Source: a virus. From it: a stretch of DNA of 30,377 bases. Location: IMG/VR virus record IMGVR_UViG_3300022554_000033, one strand, 5' to 3'. Below are positions 14,008 through 23,008 of the stretch, in pieces. Each line of letters begins with the position of its first letter. Within the stretch, counting starts at the first letter, position 1. The notes below the pieces were generated by a model. That model made no database searches, was not told the origin of the DNA, and saw only the letters and a list, made by a program, of their open reading frames with translations. The position numbers and the translations under genes are program-made.

Positions 14008-14017
14008 CGCAAATCTA

Positions 14018-14404
14018 TTAAGTCAGTCGTTTCTCAACCAGGAACAACCCGCAGAACTGGTAGGTTGGCGAGGTGCCAGTTGTGGTTGCCACCATCCGGA
14101 TGTAGCGTTTCTTAGTCCGGAAGTGAATCTCCTGTTTGCTGTCCACAGTGGTCACTTGCGTGAACGCCGCGCCGGAAATGTCCGAGTACCCGGAACCGCC
14201 TCCGGTGTCGCTTTCCTGCACTTTGACATCCAGGGTCGGACTGGTGCCGGAGATCGCGTTCGCAGAGAGGATCGCTTTGATCTCCCGCCCGCCCGGGTTG
14301 ACATAGCCCATCAGATCCATGTCGCTGCCGTTGATTGTGGTTGGCGTTGAAACGGCCTGCGCTTGCAGCGTTTCTAGCACTGCTAAGTTTCTCATGGTAG
14401 CCAT
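14018..14404 (-). CDS. Putative capsid decoration / head accessory protein, 128 aa
   Basis: It is directly downstream of the major capsid gene. It is a beta-rich small protein. Its very strong initiation region is identical over 27 nt to that of gene 1154..1852. Confidence 0.6.
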   Translation of the reverse strand: MATMRNLAVLETLQAQAVSTPTTINGSDMDLMGYVNPGGREIKAILSANAISGTSPTLDVKVQESDTGGGSGYSDISGAAFTQVTTVDSKQEIHFRTKKRYIRMVATTTGTSPTYQFCGLFLVEKRLT

Positions 14405-14436
14405 TCTTGTTTTCTCCTTTTCATCATGATCTCGGA

Positions 14437-14458
14437 GGGGTGTATGGCTCTACACCCC
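14437..14458 (-). other. Stem-loop (GGGGTGTA / TACACCCC, 6-nt loop) 20 nt after the capsid gene stop
   Basis: 8-bp perfect inverted repeat read directly. No U-run follows. Confidence 0.4.
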
Positions 14459-14477
14459 CCTATCCAGAACTCCGATA

Positions 14478-15842
14478 TTACGATGTGCCTGCCTTCAGCA
14501 CTTTCATCCGGTACGGTTCAGCGCAGTATCCGCCGACGCGCTTGCGTCCCAAAAGCAGGGTCAGATTGGTTTCGGCGTAGATCTCGCTCAGTCGCTGCAG
14601 AGAGAACCCCACCCGGTCGAGCACGATATACCCCGACAGGTCGCCAAACAGGATCGGGTAGGTGTTTGTCCCAATGTCCGGCATGAACTCATCCACCCTA
14701 ACTGGCTTGCCCTTCACGCGCTCCGGCTCATCGCTTGCCAATCCTGCGTTCAGCAGGGTCTGCACGATGGGACGCTTCTGGGCATCCACCAGGTTCTCGA
14801 CCTCTTTCAGAGTGCTTGAGTTCATCACCCAGGCCGCGTTTCTCCGATACTGAGCTGGCACCGCATAGTACAGGTTTAACAAGCGCTGGCCAGAATGACC
14901 ATCGCCCGAGGTGGTGATCGCGGCGCTGGTGCCGGAGATCACGTACGCTGGTCCATTGGTATTCACTTCTGCCAGGATGCCCATGGGCTTGTTCACACCA
15001 TTGCCGTTGAGGAAAACATCGTCCTCGCCCAGAGCGAATGCCTCTGCCATCAAATCTGAGGAGACGCCCAATACATCGAATGCCGCGTCCTCGATCAGAT
15101 CGTTGGTGATCGGCATGCTCGCCATCGCCGTGTGCACCGGGATGGTGATCAACCCAAATACCGGGTCGGTCACACGATGTTCACTCGATGACGCCGGCTG
15201 CTCGCCGGTCCACGTCAGACGCACACCAGAGGTGTACTTGTCATCCGTGGTGTAGTTCACCCGTGGCCATTTTGCCATATCCCGGCTGGTGGTTACCACT
15301 CGCGCCAAGCTGCGGATTGCCGCCAGGGTTGCTACTTTTTTGATCAGCTCTGCATGATAGTCCTCTGGCACCAAAAAGCCGCCGGCGCTGTCAACGCCTG
15401 CGGACAACGTCTTGCGGTCTGACGGACCCAGTTCACCAAATCCCTTACGCAGGTATCCCTCGAATGCCGGGGAGTACTCCTTTGCCTGCACCACAATTGG
15501 CACGTGATAACGCAGGGTTTTCACGCCCACGGGTGTGGCAATCTCCATCTGCCGCCATGCCTTCACATCCACTGCCGGCGCGCCTTCATCAGGACCGGCA
15601 GGACGCCAGCCCAGATGAGCTGCCTGTGGATCACCAGGCCCATTCAAAAACTGGTCACTATCAGCCAGGCGCTCCGCCAGGTTGATCTTGGCTTTGATCT
15701 CATCCGCCTGCCCAAGAATAGTATCGATCTGCCTCGCTGCCTCTTGGGTCATCTGCTCTTCTTTGCCCTTCCATTGCGCAGCCAGCGCCTGGGCTTCAGC
15801 GATCTTGGCTGCGTACGCTTTGCGTAACTGTTCTAGGTTCAT
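14478..15842 (-). CDS. Major capsid protein, HK97 family, with N-terminal delta-like coiled-coil region
   Basis: N-terminal helical region MNLEQLRKAYAAKIAEAQALAA..., then GGFLVPEDYHAELIKKV...LARVVTTS typical of HK97-fold MCPs. It follows the prohead protease gene. SD GAGGTGA is present. Confidence 0.93.
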   Translation of the reverse strand: MNLEQLRKAYAAKIAEAQALAAQWKGKEEQMTQEAARQIDTILGQADEIKAKINLAERLADSDQFLNGPGDPQAAHLGWRPAGPDEGAPAVDVKAWRQMEIATPVGVKTLRYHVPIVVQAKEYSPAFEGYLRKGFGELGPSDRKTLSAGVDSAGGFLVPEDYHAELIKKVATLAAIRSLARVVTTSRDMAKWPRVNYTTDDKYTSGVRLTWTGEQPASSSEHRVTDPVFGLITIPVHTAMASMPITNDLIEDAAFDVLGVSSDLMAEAFALGEDDVFLNGNGVNKPMGILAEVNTNGPAYVISGTSAAITTSGDGHSGQRLLNLYYAVPAQYRRNAAWVMNSSTLKEVENLVDAQKRPIVQTLLNAGLASDEPERVKGKPVRVDEFMPDIGTNTYPILFGDLSGYIVLDRVGFSLQRLSEIYAETNLTLLLGRKRVGGYCAEPYRMKVLKAGTS

Positions 15843-15846
15843 TGTT

Positions 15847-16947
15847 TCACCTCATGGTCAAAAATATAGGGTCTCTGGTTGCAATTGCCAGCCTTCGCAG
15901 TACCTGCCCAGTGAGTGCCCGACTTTTTTCATCGTCAGGCGGCTCGGCTGCTAACAGGATCTCCTCCAGCACTTCCAGTGCGTTCTTCAAGCGCTCCAGG
16001 TTGCGGGCGCTCAGCACTCGGCCTTCTTTCAATTCTGGCAGCATCAGCCGCGATAAATACGACCAGCGCACCAGTTTCATTTCCGGGGGGACTTTATCGA
16101 ATTGCTCATAATGCCGCGCGAGGTGCTTGTAAACCGCCTCTACATCACCCTCGGGGATATCTACCCCGCCTCGTGCTCCCATCAATGCCCCCATGGCTGC
16201 CGCACAGCCCCGCCATACTACCTTGCCTACCCCGGTTTTCTCCGCTTTGTGATGTGGCAACTTGCAGTCAGTAAACTTTTCAGGCGGCATAGAGACCACC
16301 CACGCATAATGCGCCGCGATGCGCCGCCTTTCGGATTCTGATAGGTCATCCCAGGATTGCTCAGTAAAATCGGTTAGGCGCGGCGCTGACCATTCTTCAC
16401 CCTCGTCGGCAATGCCCGTGTCCTTATAAGGCACTGCCGCCTTGCTCGCGATAGTGGCATTGTTCGCTCCCCAGTTCACGTCCGATGTGTCCCAGATACG
16501 CACCTCGCGCAGATTGCGCACCATGAGTTTACGGTCATCATACTCAATTTCCGCGAAGTCATACTTCACCGGGTCATAGCCAATGCTCATCTCTGAAATT
16601 GCGCCCGTCCGGATCCCCTCCAGGATTTCATCGCCGCGCGGCGTGCGTAGGTATTCGCGCACTACTATCAGCCCGCCAGTAGCATCCGGGTATTCTTTTT
16701 TGACCTCATCCGGCAGCTCCGCCGTGTCAACCTCTCTCAGCTCTCGCACCGCTGCCACCGGCGGTTGCATCATATCGTGCTGCCATAAGTGGCGTACCCT
16801 GCCGGCGTTCTCTTTTATGGTCTTCTTGAAAGCGCCTCTGTGGATGATATCCCAATAAGTATCCACGTTCCCGGTGATCGCTGCCAGCCCGGTCACGGTG
16901 CGATCCTGGATGTCGTTTACCTGTGTCTGAATAGATTTGTATTCCAT
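15847..16947 (-). CDS. HK97-family prohead protease (S78) with long C-terminal scaffold-like extension
   Basis: DTYWDIIHRGAFKKT...RHLWQHD...ISEMSIGY match the S78 protease pattern. The C-terminal EGRVLSARNLERLKNALEVLEEIL helical tail is typical of protease/scaffold fusions. Confidence 0.88.
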   Translation of the reverse strand: MEYKSIQTQVNDIQDRTVTGLAAITGNVDTYWDIIHRGAFKKTIKENAGRVRHLWQHDMMQPPVAAVRELREVDTAELPDEVKKEYPDATGGLIVVREYLRTPRGDEILEGIRTGAISEMSIGYDPVKYDFAEIEYDDRKLMVRNLREVRIWDTSDVNWGANNATIASKAAVPYKDTGIADEGEEWSAPRLTDFTEQSWDDLSESERRRIAAHYAWVVSMPPEKFTDCKLPHHKAEKTGVGKVVWRGCAAAMGALMGARGGVDIPEGDVEAVYKHLARHYEQFDKVPPEMKLVRWSYLSRLMLPELKEGRVLSARNLERLKNALEVLEEILLAAEPPDDEKSRALTGQVLRRLAIATRDPIFLTMR

Positions 16948-16954
16948 TGTCGCC

Positions 16955-17362
16955 TCACTTGATCAGATCATGCACTGCCTGTTCGTAGATCTTGACAATC
17001 ACATCCTTCGCTTTCATTACTACTCCCTGAAGTGTCCACCAGCGCCCTTTGTGCATCCACGCCTGCGGTCCACGCTTGCCAACCGCCTGGTCGCTGATCA
17101 CCCACGGGGCGTAAACGATTGGGGTGCCGATCACCCCAACGATCGTGCTGCCAAGCTCTCTTACCTCAGTTGATATACTGGCACCCATTTTTTCCGTTCG
17201 CCGATACGTGCTCAACGGTGGCGGAGGTGGATACGGCGGCACTTCCGAATGCACGTATAGAATCGCCCTACGCGTTGCCTGGACGAGTGCCGGTTTTATT
17301 TCTGTTCCTATCCGCCCCAGCTCCTTACTCAGCTTATCCATGCCCTTGATTTCAAGTTTCAT
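16955..17362 (-). CDS. HK97 gp10-like head-tail joining protein
   Basis: MKLEIKGMDKLSKELGRIG...ALVQATRRAILYVHSEV and GVIGTPIVYAPWV fit the gp10-family pattern. Confidence 0.55.
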   Translation of the reverse strand: MKLEIKGMDKLSKELGRIGTEIKPALVQATRRAILYVHSEVPPYPPPPPLSTYRRTEKMGASISTEVRELGSTIVGVIGTPIVYAPWVISDQAVGKRGPQAWMHKGRWWTLQGVVMKAKDVIVKIYEQAVHDLIK

Positions 17363-18555
17363 GCTTGACTTTGCCCATCGTTTTTGGTATCATAAAAGTG
17401 GTTCTGGGGTAGGATGTCGTCTCCTACATCCTCGAGAGAGGTCAAGATGCCGACGTGACGCACGGTGGACGGGACCATAAGCCGGGTTTTCCCGGCTTTT
17501 TTCGTGCCGATCCAGCGCTGCCTGAGCTGTCCACTCTCATCATATAAATATCTCTCACCCGCTCGGAATATGTTGTAAATCGCATGCAGTTGATTGCTCC
17601 GCCTGGAGTCTCTCAATTGAATAACTACCACAAGATAGGGTGGCTCTCCCTCTCTATGCGCCACAGATACAACGTGCGCCATCGTCAAGCCGCTTTTCAG
17701 CGAGCGAGGTGTCATTTCAATAAAATCGGGTCGCTCAATGGCTTTCCTCACCATTGATAGACGAGTATTGATCCAGCGAAAGTCTTCAGGATGTTCTCGC
17801 GCAATATACCGTACCTGTCCAGGCAAAACCCGCACATCATTTACCTGAAATGCTTCTCCCTTCAAATCAGGCAAAATATCCCCATACTGAAACGAGTTGA
17901 CTCCCAGCTCGTATGCTTTGTCTTCTTTAGGATTAAATGCCGGAATCGTTAACACCACCGGCTGTAAATAACACCTGCACCGCACATGCGCTGGCGGCGC
18001 GCTTATCCCATCAAATCCAGTCTCGTCATCCAGGGCAACTTCCATACCGTCTAATGGCGCGCATATCTCACACACCAGCTCATCTTCGCCGGTCATCCAC
18101 CGTTTGCCTTCGACTATCCCGCTTTCTCGCCAAGTCGCCAGATTGCCCTCAGCAAATGCCCGCGTTGTCTCAGTAACGCCTATCATCTCCGCCCGCACCG
18201 GTCCCCACATTGGCTCCAGCTTTTTGAGCAACACAGGCAATGGCTCACCGCTCCCGATCCACTCACTTAACTCCTGCTGCAAAAAATTCTTGCTGGTCTC
18301 TGTAATGCCCTTCACCAAGTCATAAGTGTATTCTTCCGCCCATTTTTTCACCGCCTCATTCACCAGCCGCCAGTCAACGCCAATACCGATCTCTTCCAAA
18401 TCTGTTAGCGCCGACTTTGCGCCCTCTACTGCTGCTTTGCCAATCAACGGCGTTAGCAGCTCAAACAAACGCTCCCGTTCGTCCTCCCAAAACGATGTGT
18501 CCGGGAAACGTTTCGTGTTCACACCAAACAATAACTCAGCAACGCTAAGCGCCAT
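17359..18555 (-). CDS. Head morphogenesis protein, Mu F / SPP1 gp7 family, with about 190-aa extra C-terminal domain
   Basis: VTETTRAFAEGN...CEICAPLDG...PPAHVRCRCYLQP is the MuF signature. Residues 205-398 are an additional domain. Confidence 0.85.
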   Translation of the reverse strand: MALSVAELLFGVNTKRFPDTSFWEDERERLFELLTPLIGKAAVEGAKSALTDLEEIGIGVDWRLVNEAVKKWAEEYTYDLVKGITETSKNFLQQELSEWIGSGEPLPVLLKKLEPMWGPVRAEMIGVTETTRAFAEGNLATWRESGIVEGKRWMTGEDELVCEICAPLDGMEVALDDETGFDGISAPPAHVRCRCYLQPVVLTIPAFNPKEDKAYELGVNSFQYGDILPDLKGEAFQVNDVRVLPGQVRYIAREHPEDFRWINTRLSMVRKAIERPDFIEMTPRSLKSGLTMAHVVSVAHREGEPPYLVVVIQLRDSRRSNQLHAIYNIFRAGERYLYDESGQLRQRWIGTKKAGKTRLMVPSTVRHVGILTSLEDVGDDILPQNHFYDTKNDGQSQA

Positions 18556-19885
18556 CCGCCAGTTCCTTTTTGATTCGTTTGTATTGACCGGTCAAGTAGC
18601 CATCCATCGCCTCGGTGATATCACTCTCTGCAGACCGCCGGCTTTTATACTCAGTCTTACCGTTACTCTTTGCAGACTGCTTGATAGGCACTTCGACAAC
18701 GGCCATCCCGCGCAGATACACATTGCCTGCTTTGCCCTTGTCTGGCAATCCAACTTCATCGCAGAATTCGTTCACTGTGATCGCGCCAGCTTTGAGCGCT
18801 TCAGTCGCCCGGGTCCAGCGCATATTGCGCTCTTCTTGTAATGCGTTCACCCGACTGAAGTCCCATTCTATGCTGATATCATCGCCGAATTCTGTTGCGA
18901 GTTGATTGATAATGACATCCAGGAAGTTAGCGTATAGCGGGATAAGGCTGTCTTCCCACCATGCCCGCCGCGCCTCACCGTAATTTGAGTACGTCGCCCG
19001 GTCTAATCCAATCTTCGCGCCAACCAGAATTGGCGGTATGTCCATCACCATGCAAATGCGCGCTTCGCTGCGTGCATCTAATTCGCCGAAGCCCATCTCG
19101 GCAAACGATAGACCGATCCTCTGATACTCAGCGTCCGAGTCCAACACAGCCGGTTCTAGCCAGTGCTCGAATCCGCCGTATCTCTCTCTCCATCGCCGCC
19201 GAATGTCAGCTACCTGGGTGTCTTGTAGCTTCTGCACGGTTTTTAACAACCCAGGCGGCGCGCCGCCTTTCTCGAAAAACAATCGCACATAATCCGTCAC
19301 CGCGTTATCCACATCTCCTACCCGGGCTGCTACTGCCACAGGCGGCCAGCCATTGTAGAAATTGATCGGATCAAATAGCTTGAAATCCAACACATCCTCA
19401 GGCAGCAACGTTTGCGGCGACATTCCCGGCGGTGCATATTCGTACCCGCCAATCATAGATTGCGAGCTAGCTAGTGGTTTTACCCAATCTGGGCGCAACG
19501 GCCAAAGCTGCACCACCTGCCCTGCCCGGCTACGTACTTTTTCAAAGATCGCCCTGCCAGCTAATTTTTGATAAATAATCACCGCTGACCAAAAGTCATA
19601 TTCACTCATAAACGGGTTCGGCTTCTGAATAAGACTTTTAAGTGGGTGTTCTGGTAATTCATTCCCATCGCGCCGCGAATAAACCTTTAGCTCCACTTGA
19701 GATGCCGTATTGGCTGCCTTATTGATACACGAAAATATCAGCTCGTTCTTGCGCCATCCATGACGCACCATGCTTTCGAAGTTAATCTCCGAATAGCTCG
19801 GCTGTCCCTCTTTCCAAGTTTCAACCAAAGTTGCCAATGCCTTCTCACGCCTGCCGGTCAGCCTATCCAAAAATCGCCTAAACAT
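18545..19885 (-). CDS. Portal protein (HK97-type family)
   Basis: FSCINKAANTASQVELKVY...HPLKSLIQKPNPFMSEYDFW matches the portal pattern. The ATG at 19885 (MFRRFLD) follows a G-rich SD and overlaps the terminase stop (ATGTTTAG). The track start at 19954 lies deep inside terL. Confidence 0.9.
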   Translation of the reverse strand: MFRRFLDRLTGRREKALATLVETWKEGQPSYSEINFESMVRHGWRKNELIFSCINKAANTASQVELKVYSRRDGNELPEHPLKSLIQKPNPFMSEYDFWSAVIIYQKLAGRAIFEKVRSRAGQVVQLWPLRPDWVKPLASSQSMIGGYEYAPPGMSPQTLLPEDVLDFKLFDPINFYNGWPPVAVAARVGDVDNAVTDYVRLFFEKGGAPPGLLKTVQKLQDTQVADIRRRWRERYGGFEHWLEPAVLDSDAEYQRIGLSFAEMGFGELDARSEARICMVMDIPPILVGAKIGLDRATYSNYGEARRAWWEDSLIPLYANFLDVIINQLATEFGDDISIEWDFSRVNALQEERNMRWTRATEALKAGAITVNEFCDEVGLPDKGKAGNVYLRGMAVVEVPIKQSAKSNGKTEYKSRRSAESDITEAMDGYLTGQYKRIKKELADGA

Positions 19886-21380
19886 GGATACCCCCCATCG
19901 CTGACCCATTCCGCAGATCGTTCCAGCTCCAAAATGCTGCATCAACCAGGTCAAATGGTTTAGTCAACGGGAACCGCCTGAGCGCACGCTCTAAAATCAG
20001 ATGTGTTCCATTTACATGCACAATTTTGCCCCGCTCATAGTCTGCCAGCATTTGCAGATTGCGCTCCACCTTGGGGCCATAGCCAGCCCCTGCTTTGTCC
20101 CATACCATTAGCGGCAACCAGGTCAGCTCGGGACGATCCTGCCGGATCTGCTCACACACCCGGTAATATACACTCTGCCAGGTATCCCCGCCCTGGTCAG
20201 TCTCAATCCCCACGTGATCGAACTGCAACTCGACTGCCTTGAGAATTGCCCTCTTTAGCGCGTCCTCCGGGCTGGTCACCTGCTCCCACGAGAACAAACG
20301 ATAGATGATCCCATCTTCGCCCAATCCATCCGCCTGAATCCCTTGGCTGTCGCTCTGGTCAGTGCTGGTTACTGCCGGATCAACCCACACACAACCCCGT
20401 ATGAGCACAGGCAGATCACTCCACTCACAATGCTGAAACTCAATATGATCCCAGATCCCACCTGGCGGTACATCTACCTCGTGCTGCGCCTCTTGCAGAA
20501 ACGATGTCAATCCCCAGGTTGTCATCTGTCCCTGGCATATTTCGAGATTCTGCCCTTCCCAAGTCGCCTTGCCAGCCGTAATCACAAACTGCCCACCTCG
20601 CTGCTCATACTCTAATCCTTCCACCGCCGGATACGGTCCGCTGACAATCCGATCAGCGAGCATCTCTGCCCGCCCGTCAACCAGCTGCGCCGCGATGCTG
20701 TTGGGGTGTATGAGGTTTTGAATAAACAGCACTGCACAATCCACACTGCCGGCAGGCAGAAGCGAGGTTGATATTGTTTCGACTTTCTTGCGAGTCGTTG
20801 CCAGGCTATCAAAACGCTCGTCCACGTCATCGAAAATGATCAGGTCTGGGCGCTGGTGCTCCACCTTTGCGCCACGGCTGCCCACATCCAAGCCCAGAGC
20901 ATCTATCGTCAATCCGCTGGCGGTCCGCAGTCGCTCCCGCCGCCAGCCTTTCGACGCCCCATACTTGCCAATCTTGCGTGATGCCAGGAGCGGGTGATAA
21001 CGTTCCAATTGCTTGCTTTCCAACATTGCCCCAATAGTCTCTACGTGCTTGTCGGCCTTCTCCTGAGTGGCAGAGACATACCAGATGTATTTGCGGCTTC
21101 CTTTAGCTCCCACTCGCACACAAGCCAGCTCAGCACTGGATGATTTTGCTCCACCTCTCGGCCAGATTGCCACCAGTGGGCACGGACGCACACCACGCTG
21201 TATTCCCTCTACCCACTCCCAAAACAACACGTGTCTATCGGCAAATGGCGCGCTGATATACGCCGGGTAGATAGCTTTCAGCCAACCCTGCCAGCTCTCT
21301 GGCGCCAACAGGGTCTTAGTCCCCAGGCGTTTCCTGCGCTCCAGCTCCGCCAACGCTCTGACCTGCACTTGCGAGTACAT
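19878..21380 (-). CDS. terL: Terminase large subunit
   Basis: Walker A-like WPRGGAKSS and Walker B DLIIFDDVDE. The C-terminal nuclease acidic motifs are VWVDPAV and GIETDQGGD. The ATG at 21380 has GGGGAGGA 8 nt upstream. Confidence 0.88.
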   Translation of the reverse strand: MYSQVQVRALAELERRKRLGTKTLLAPESWQGWLKAIYPAYISAPFADRHVLFWEWVEGIQRGVRPCPLVAIWPRGGAKSSSAELACVRVGAKGSRKYIWYVSATQEKADKHVETIGAMLESKQLERYHPLLASRKIGKYGASKGWRRERLRTASGLTIDALGLDVGSRGAKVEHQRPDLIIFDDVDERFDSLATTRKKVETISTSLLPAGSVDCAVLFIQNLIHPNSIAAQLVDGRAEMLADRIVSGPYPAVEGLEYEQRGGQFVITAGKATWEGQNLEICQGQMTTWGLTSFLQEAQHEVDVPPGGIWDHIEFQHCEWSDLPVLIRGCVWVDPAVTSTDQSDSQGIQADGLGEDGIIYRLFSWEQVTSPEDALKRAILKAVELQFDHVGIETDQGGDTWQSVYYRVCEQIRQDRPELTWLPLMVWDKAGAGYGPKVERNLQMLADYERGKIVHVNGTHLILERALRRFPLTKPFDLVDAAFWSWNDLRNGSAMGGIHV

Positions 21381-21954
21381 GCAGTGGGTCCTCCCCATTT
21401 GCGATTCGCGCCAACTGTTCATCACTCAGTAATGAGAGATCAATGTTCAGTGTAGTCAACCTACCTCCAGTCTCTATCCCGGCTGCCAGTCTTCGCAGCT
21501 TCGAAGCCAGCTCCATCGCGTCAACCAGGAATTTCCCGTTTAGCGCAACTGTCATAATCTCTTTCCCACTTCGATCAACCCGAGTGCTGGTCTTGATAAA
21601 CCTCGGCCCTTCTGCCAGGATCGCCTTAGACAATTCCAGCAACTCGCTGCCCACCTGCCATTCGTCCTCTCGCAACTGCGCATGGCGCTGAGCCCACTTG
21701 TCATGATCCTCAATCGCCCGCAGCTGCTCCCAGGCTGCAACCCGCGCCTGCCACGCGTAGTGTCCTGACCATTTGTCAAGCGTCGGCTTGCGCCTGGTCG
21801 GCGGATCAGTCTGCTGTCGGTATAGCATATGCAACTTTGCCAGACTACGCTTGAACCCCATCATGGCGTAGTCATACAAAGCACGGTTCGCTTTTGCCGA
21901 TTCGCCATCACAGCGCGCCAGTGGGTCATCAGGATTAAAAACAAACTCGGTCAT
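21316..21954 (-). CDS. terS: Terminase small subunit (putative)
   Basis: It is directly upstream of terL. N-terminal HTH-like ANRALYDYAMMGFKRSLAKL is followed by WSGHYAWQARVAAWE, a pattern seen in TerS proteins. Confidence 0.6.
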   Translation of the reverse strand: MTEFVFNPDDPLARCDGESAKANRALYDYAMMGFKRSLAKLHMLYRQQTDPPTRRKPTLDKWSGHYAWQARVAAWEQLRAIEDHDKWAQRHAQLREDEWQVGSELLELSKAILAEGPRFIKTSTRVDRSGKEIMTVALNGKFLVDAMELASKLRRLAAGIETGGRLTTLNIDLSLLSDEQLARIANGEDPLHVLASAGQSVGGAGAQETPGD

Positions 21955-22108
21955 CGAAATCGTCGCACTCGTACAACATCAAGCGATACTCTAACCCACG
22001 GATGTAATGTCGTAGCAGGTTGGCGGTTTCTGTATCTGTCTCCTCAATCTTCGCCAGCGCCAACTCGATATCTTCCTTGGTCACCAATTTGGGCTGAGTT
22101 TCACTCAT
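21935..22108 (-). CDS. Hypothetical protein, 57 aa
   Basis: The start MSETQPK overlaps the endolysin stop (ATGA). The protein is acidic and helical. Confidence 0.5.
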   Translation of the reverse strand: MSETQPKLVTKEDIELALAKIEETDTETANLLRHYIRGLEYRLMLYECDDFDDRVCF

Positions 22109-23004
22109 ACTGGCTCCGCATAGTATTGACCGTTTAGAACCAGGCACACCCACTTGCCATCATACTGCCCACCCTTGATTTGCAACCATGTTGAGCACAC
22201 TGGCGCGCCGGCTTTAATGTCCAGCACCTCAAACTCAGTATGAGAGGGCAAGTTACCTACGTCTGGAAAGTTGGTGCCTGGACCAGACCTTACATTCAAA
22301 TACGGGGATGCAGTCACTCGATATTTCAATTTATCACCTCCTGGCGGTTCAGGCATGCTTATTCCAAATTCCGCCCTGAATTGCTCAAGCGTTCCAGGAT
22401 ATTCATCCAGATCAACAGTTGGGTCAACTATCCCAGGTATCGTTTCGCTCCATGACCGCTGCCAGATAACGTAATCCTTCCACAGCTTCGGCATAGTCGG
22501 CTTGGGGGCTGTGTTGTATAACCCGCCACTGCCCGGGCTCGCTACCCACAGCCTGGTGCCCAGCGTCGACTTGAGATACTGGTTGGCGTATGCCTGGTTG
22601 GTATAGGTCAGCGGCATTTGCCCGTTGACGCGGGGCAGGTTGTACACATGGTAGTCAAACGTCCGCATCGCCCTCCCTGGGACACTCGCCGGTCTGATCT
22701 CCATGTCAATCGCAATAGGCCAATCCAGCGGACGGGCTCCCAGGTGCGCCAGGAAATTTGCTACCTGCGGTGGGTCATCTTGATCTGGCACAGGCACCGT
22801 GTAGGCTGTCACCAATAGTCCGGCCGCCTTCGCCCCCTCATAGTCGGCATGAAACCAAGGGTCACGGTAGTAACGCCCAACCGTGCAACGGATGGCAACA
22901 TAGTGGTAACCAGCTGCATAGATAGCCCCCCAATCGTGCGGCGCTGTGCCATGCTTGTGATTGTTATAGCTAGTATCGAAACCTAGCAAAGTCATTATCC
23001 GCAT
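22105..23004 (-). CDS. Endolysin: GH25-like muramidase with C-terminal SH3b cell-wall-binding domain
   Basis: GFDTS...DWGAIYAAGYHYVAIRCTVG..YRDPWF..YEGAKAAGLLVTAY resembles GH25. LNVRSGPGTNFPDVGNLPSHTEFEVLD...WLQI matches the SH3_3 pattern. Confidence 0.78.
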   Translation of the reverse strand: MRIMTLLGFDTSYNNHKHGTAPHDWGAIYAAGYHYVAIRCTVGRYYRDPWFHADYEGAKAAGLLVTAYTVPVPDQDDPPQVANFLAHLGARPLDWPIAIDMEIRPASVPGRAMRTFDYHVYNLPRVNGQMPLTYTNQAYANQYLKSTLGTRLWVASPGSGGLYNTAPKPTMPKLWKDYVIWQRSWSETIPGIVDPTVDLDEYPGTLEQFRAEFGISMPEPPGGDKLKYRVTASPYLNVRSGPGTNFPDVGNLPSHTEFEVLDIKAGAPVCSTWLQIKGGQYDGKWVCLVLNGQYYAEPV

Positions 23005-23008
23005 CCTC

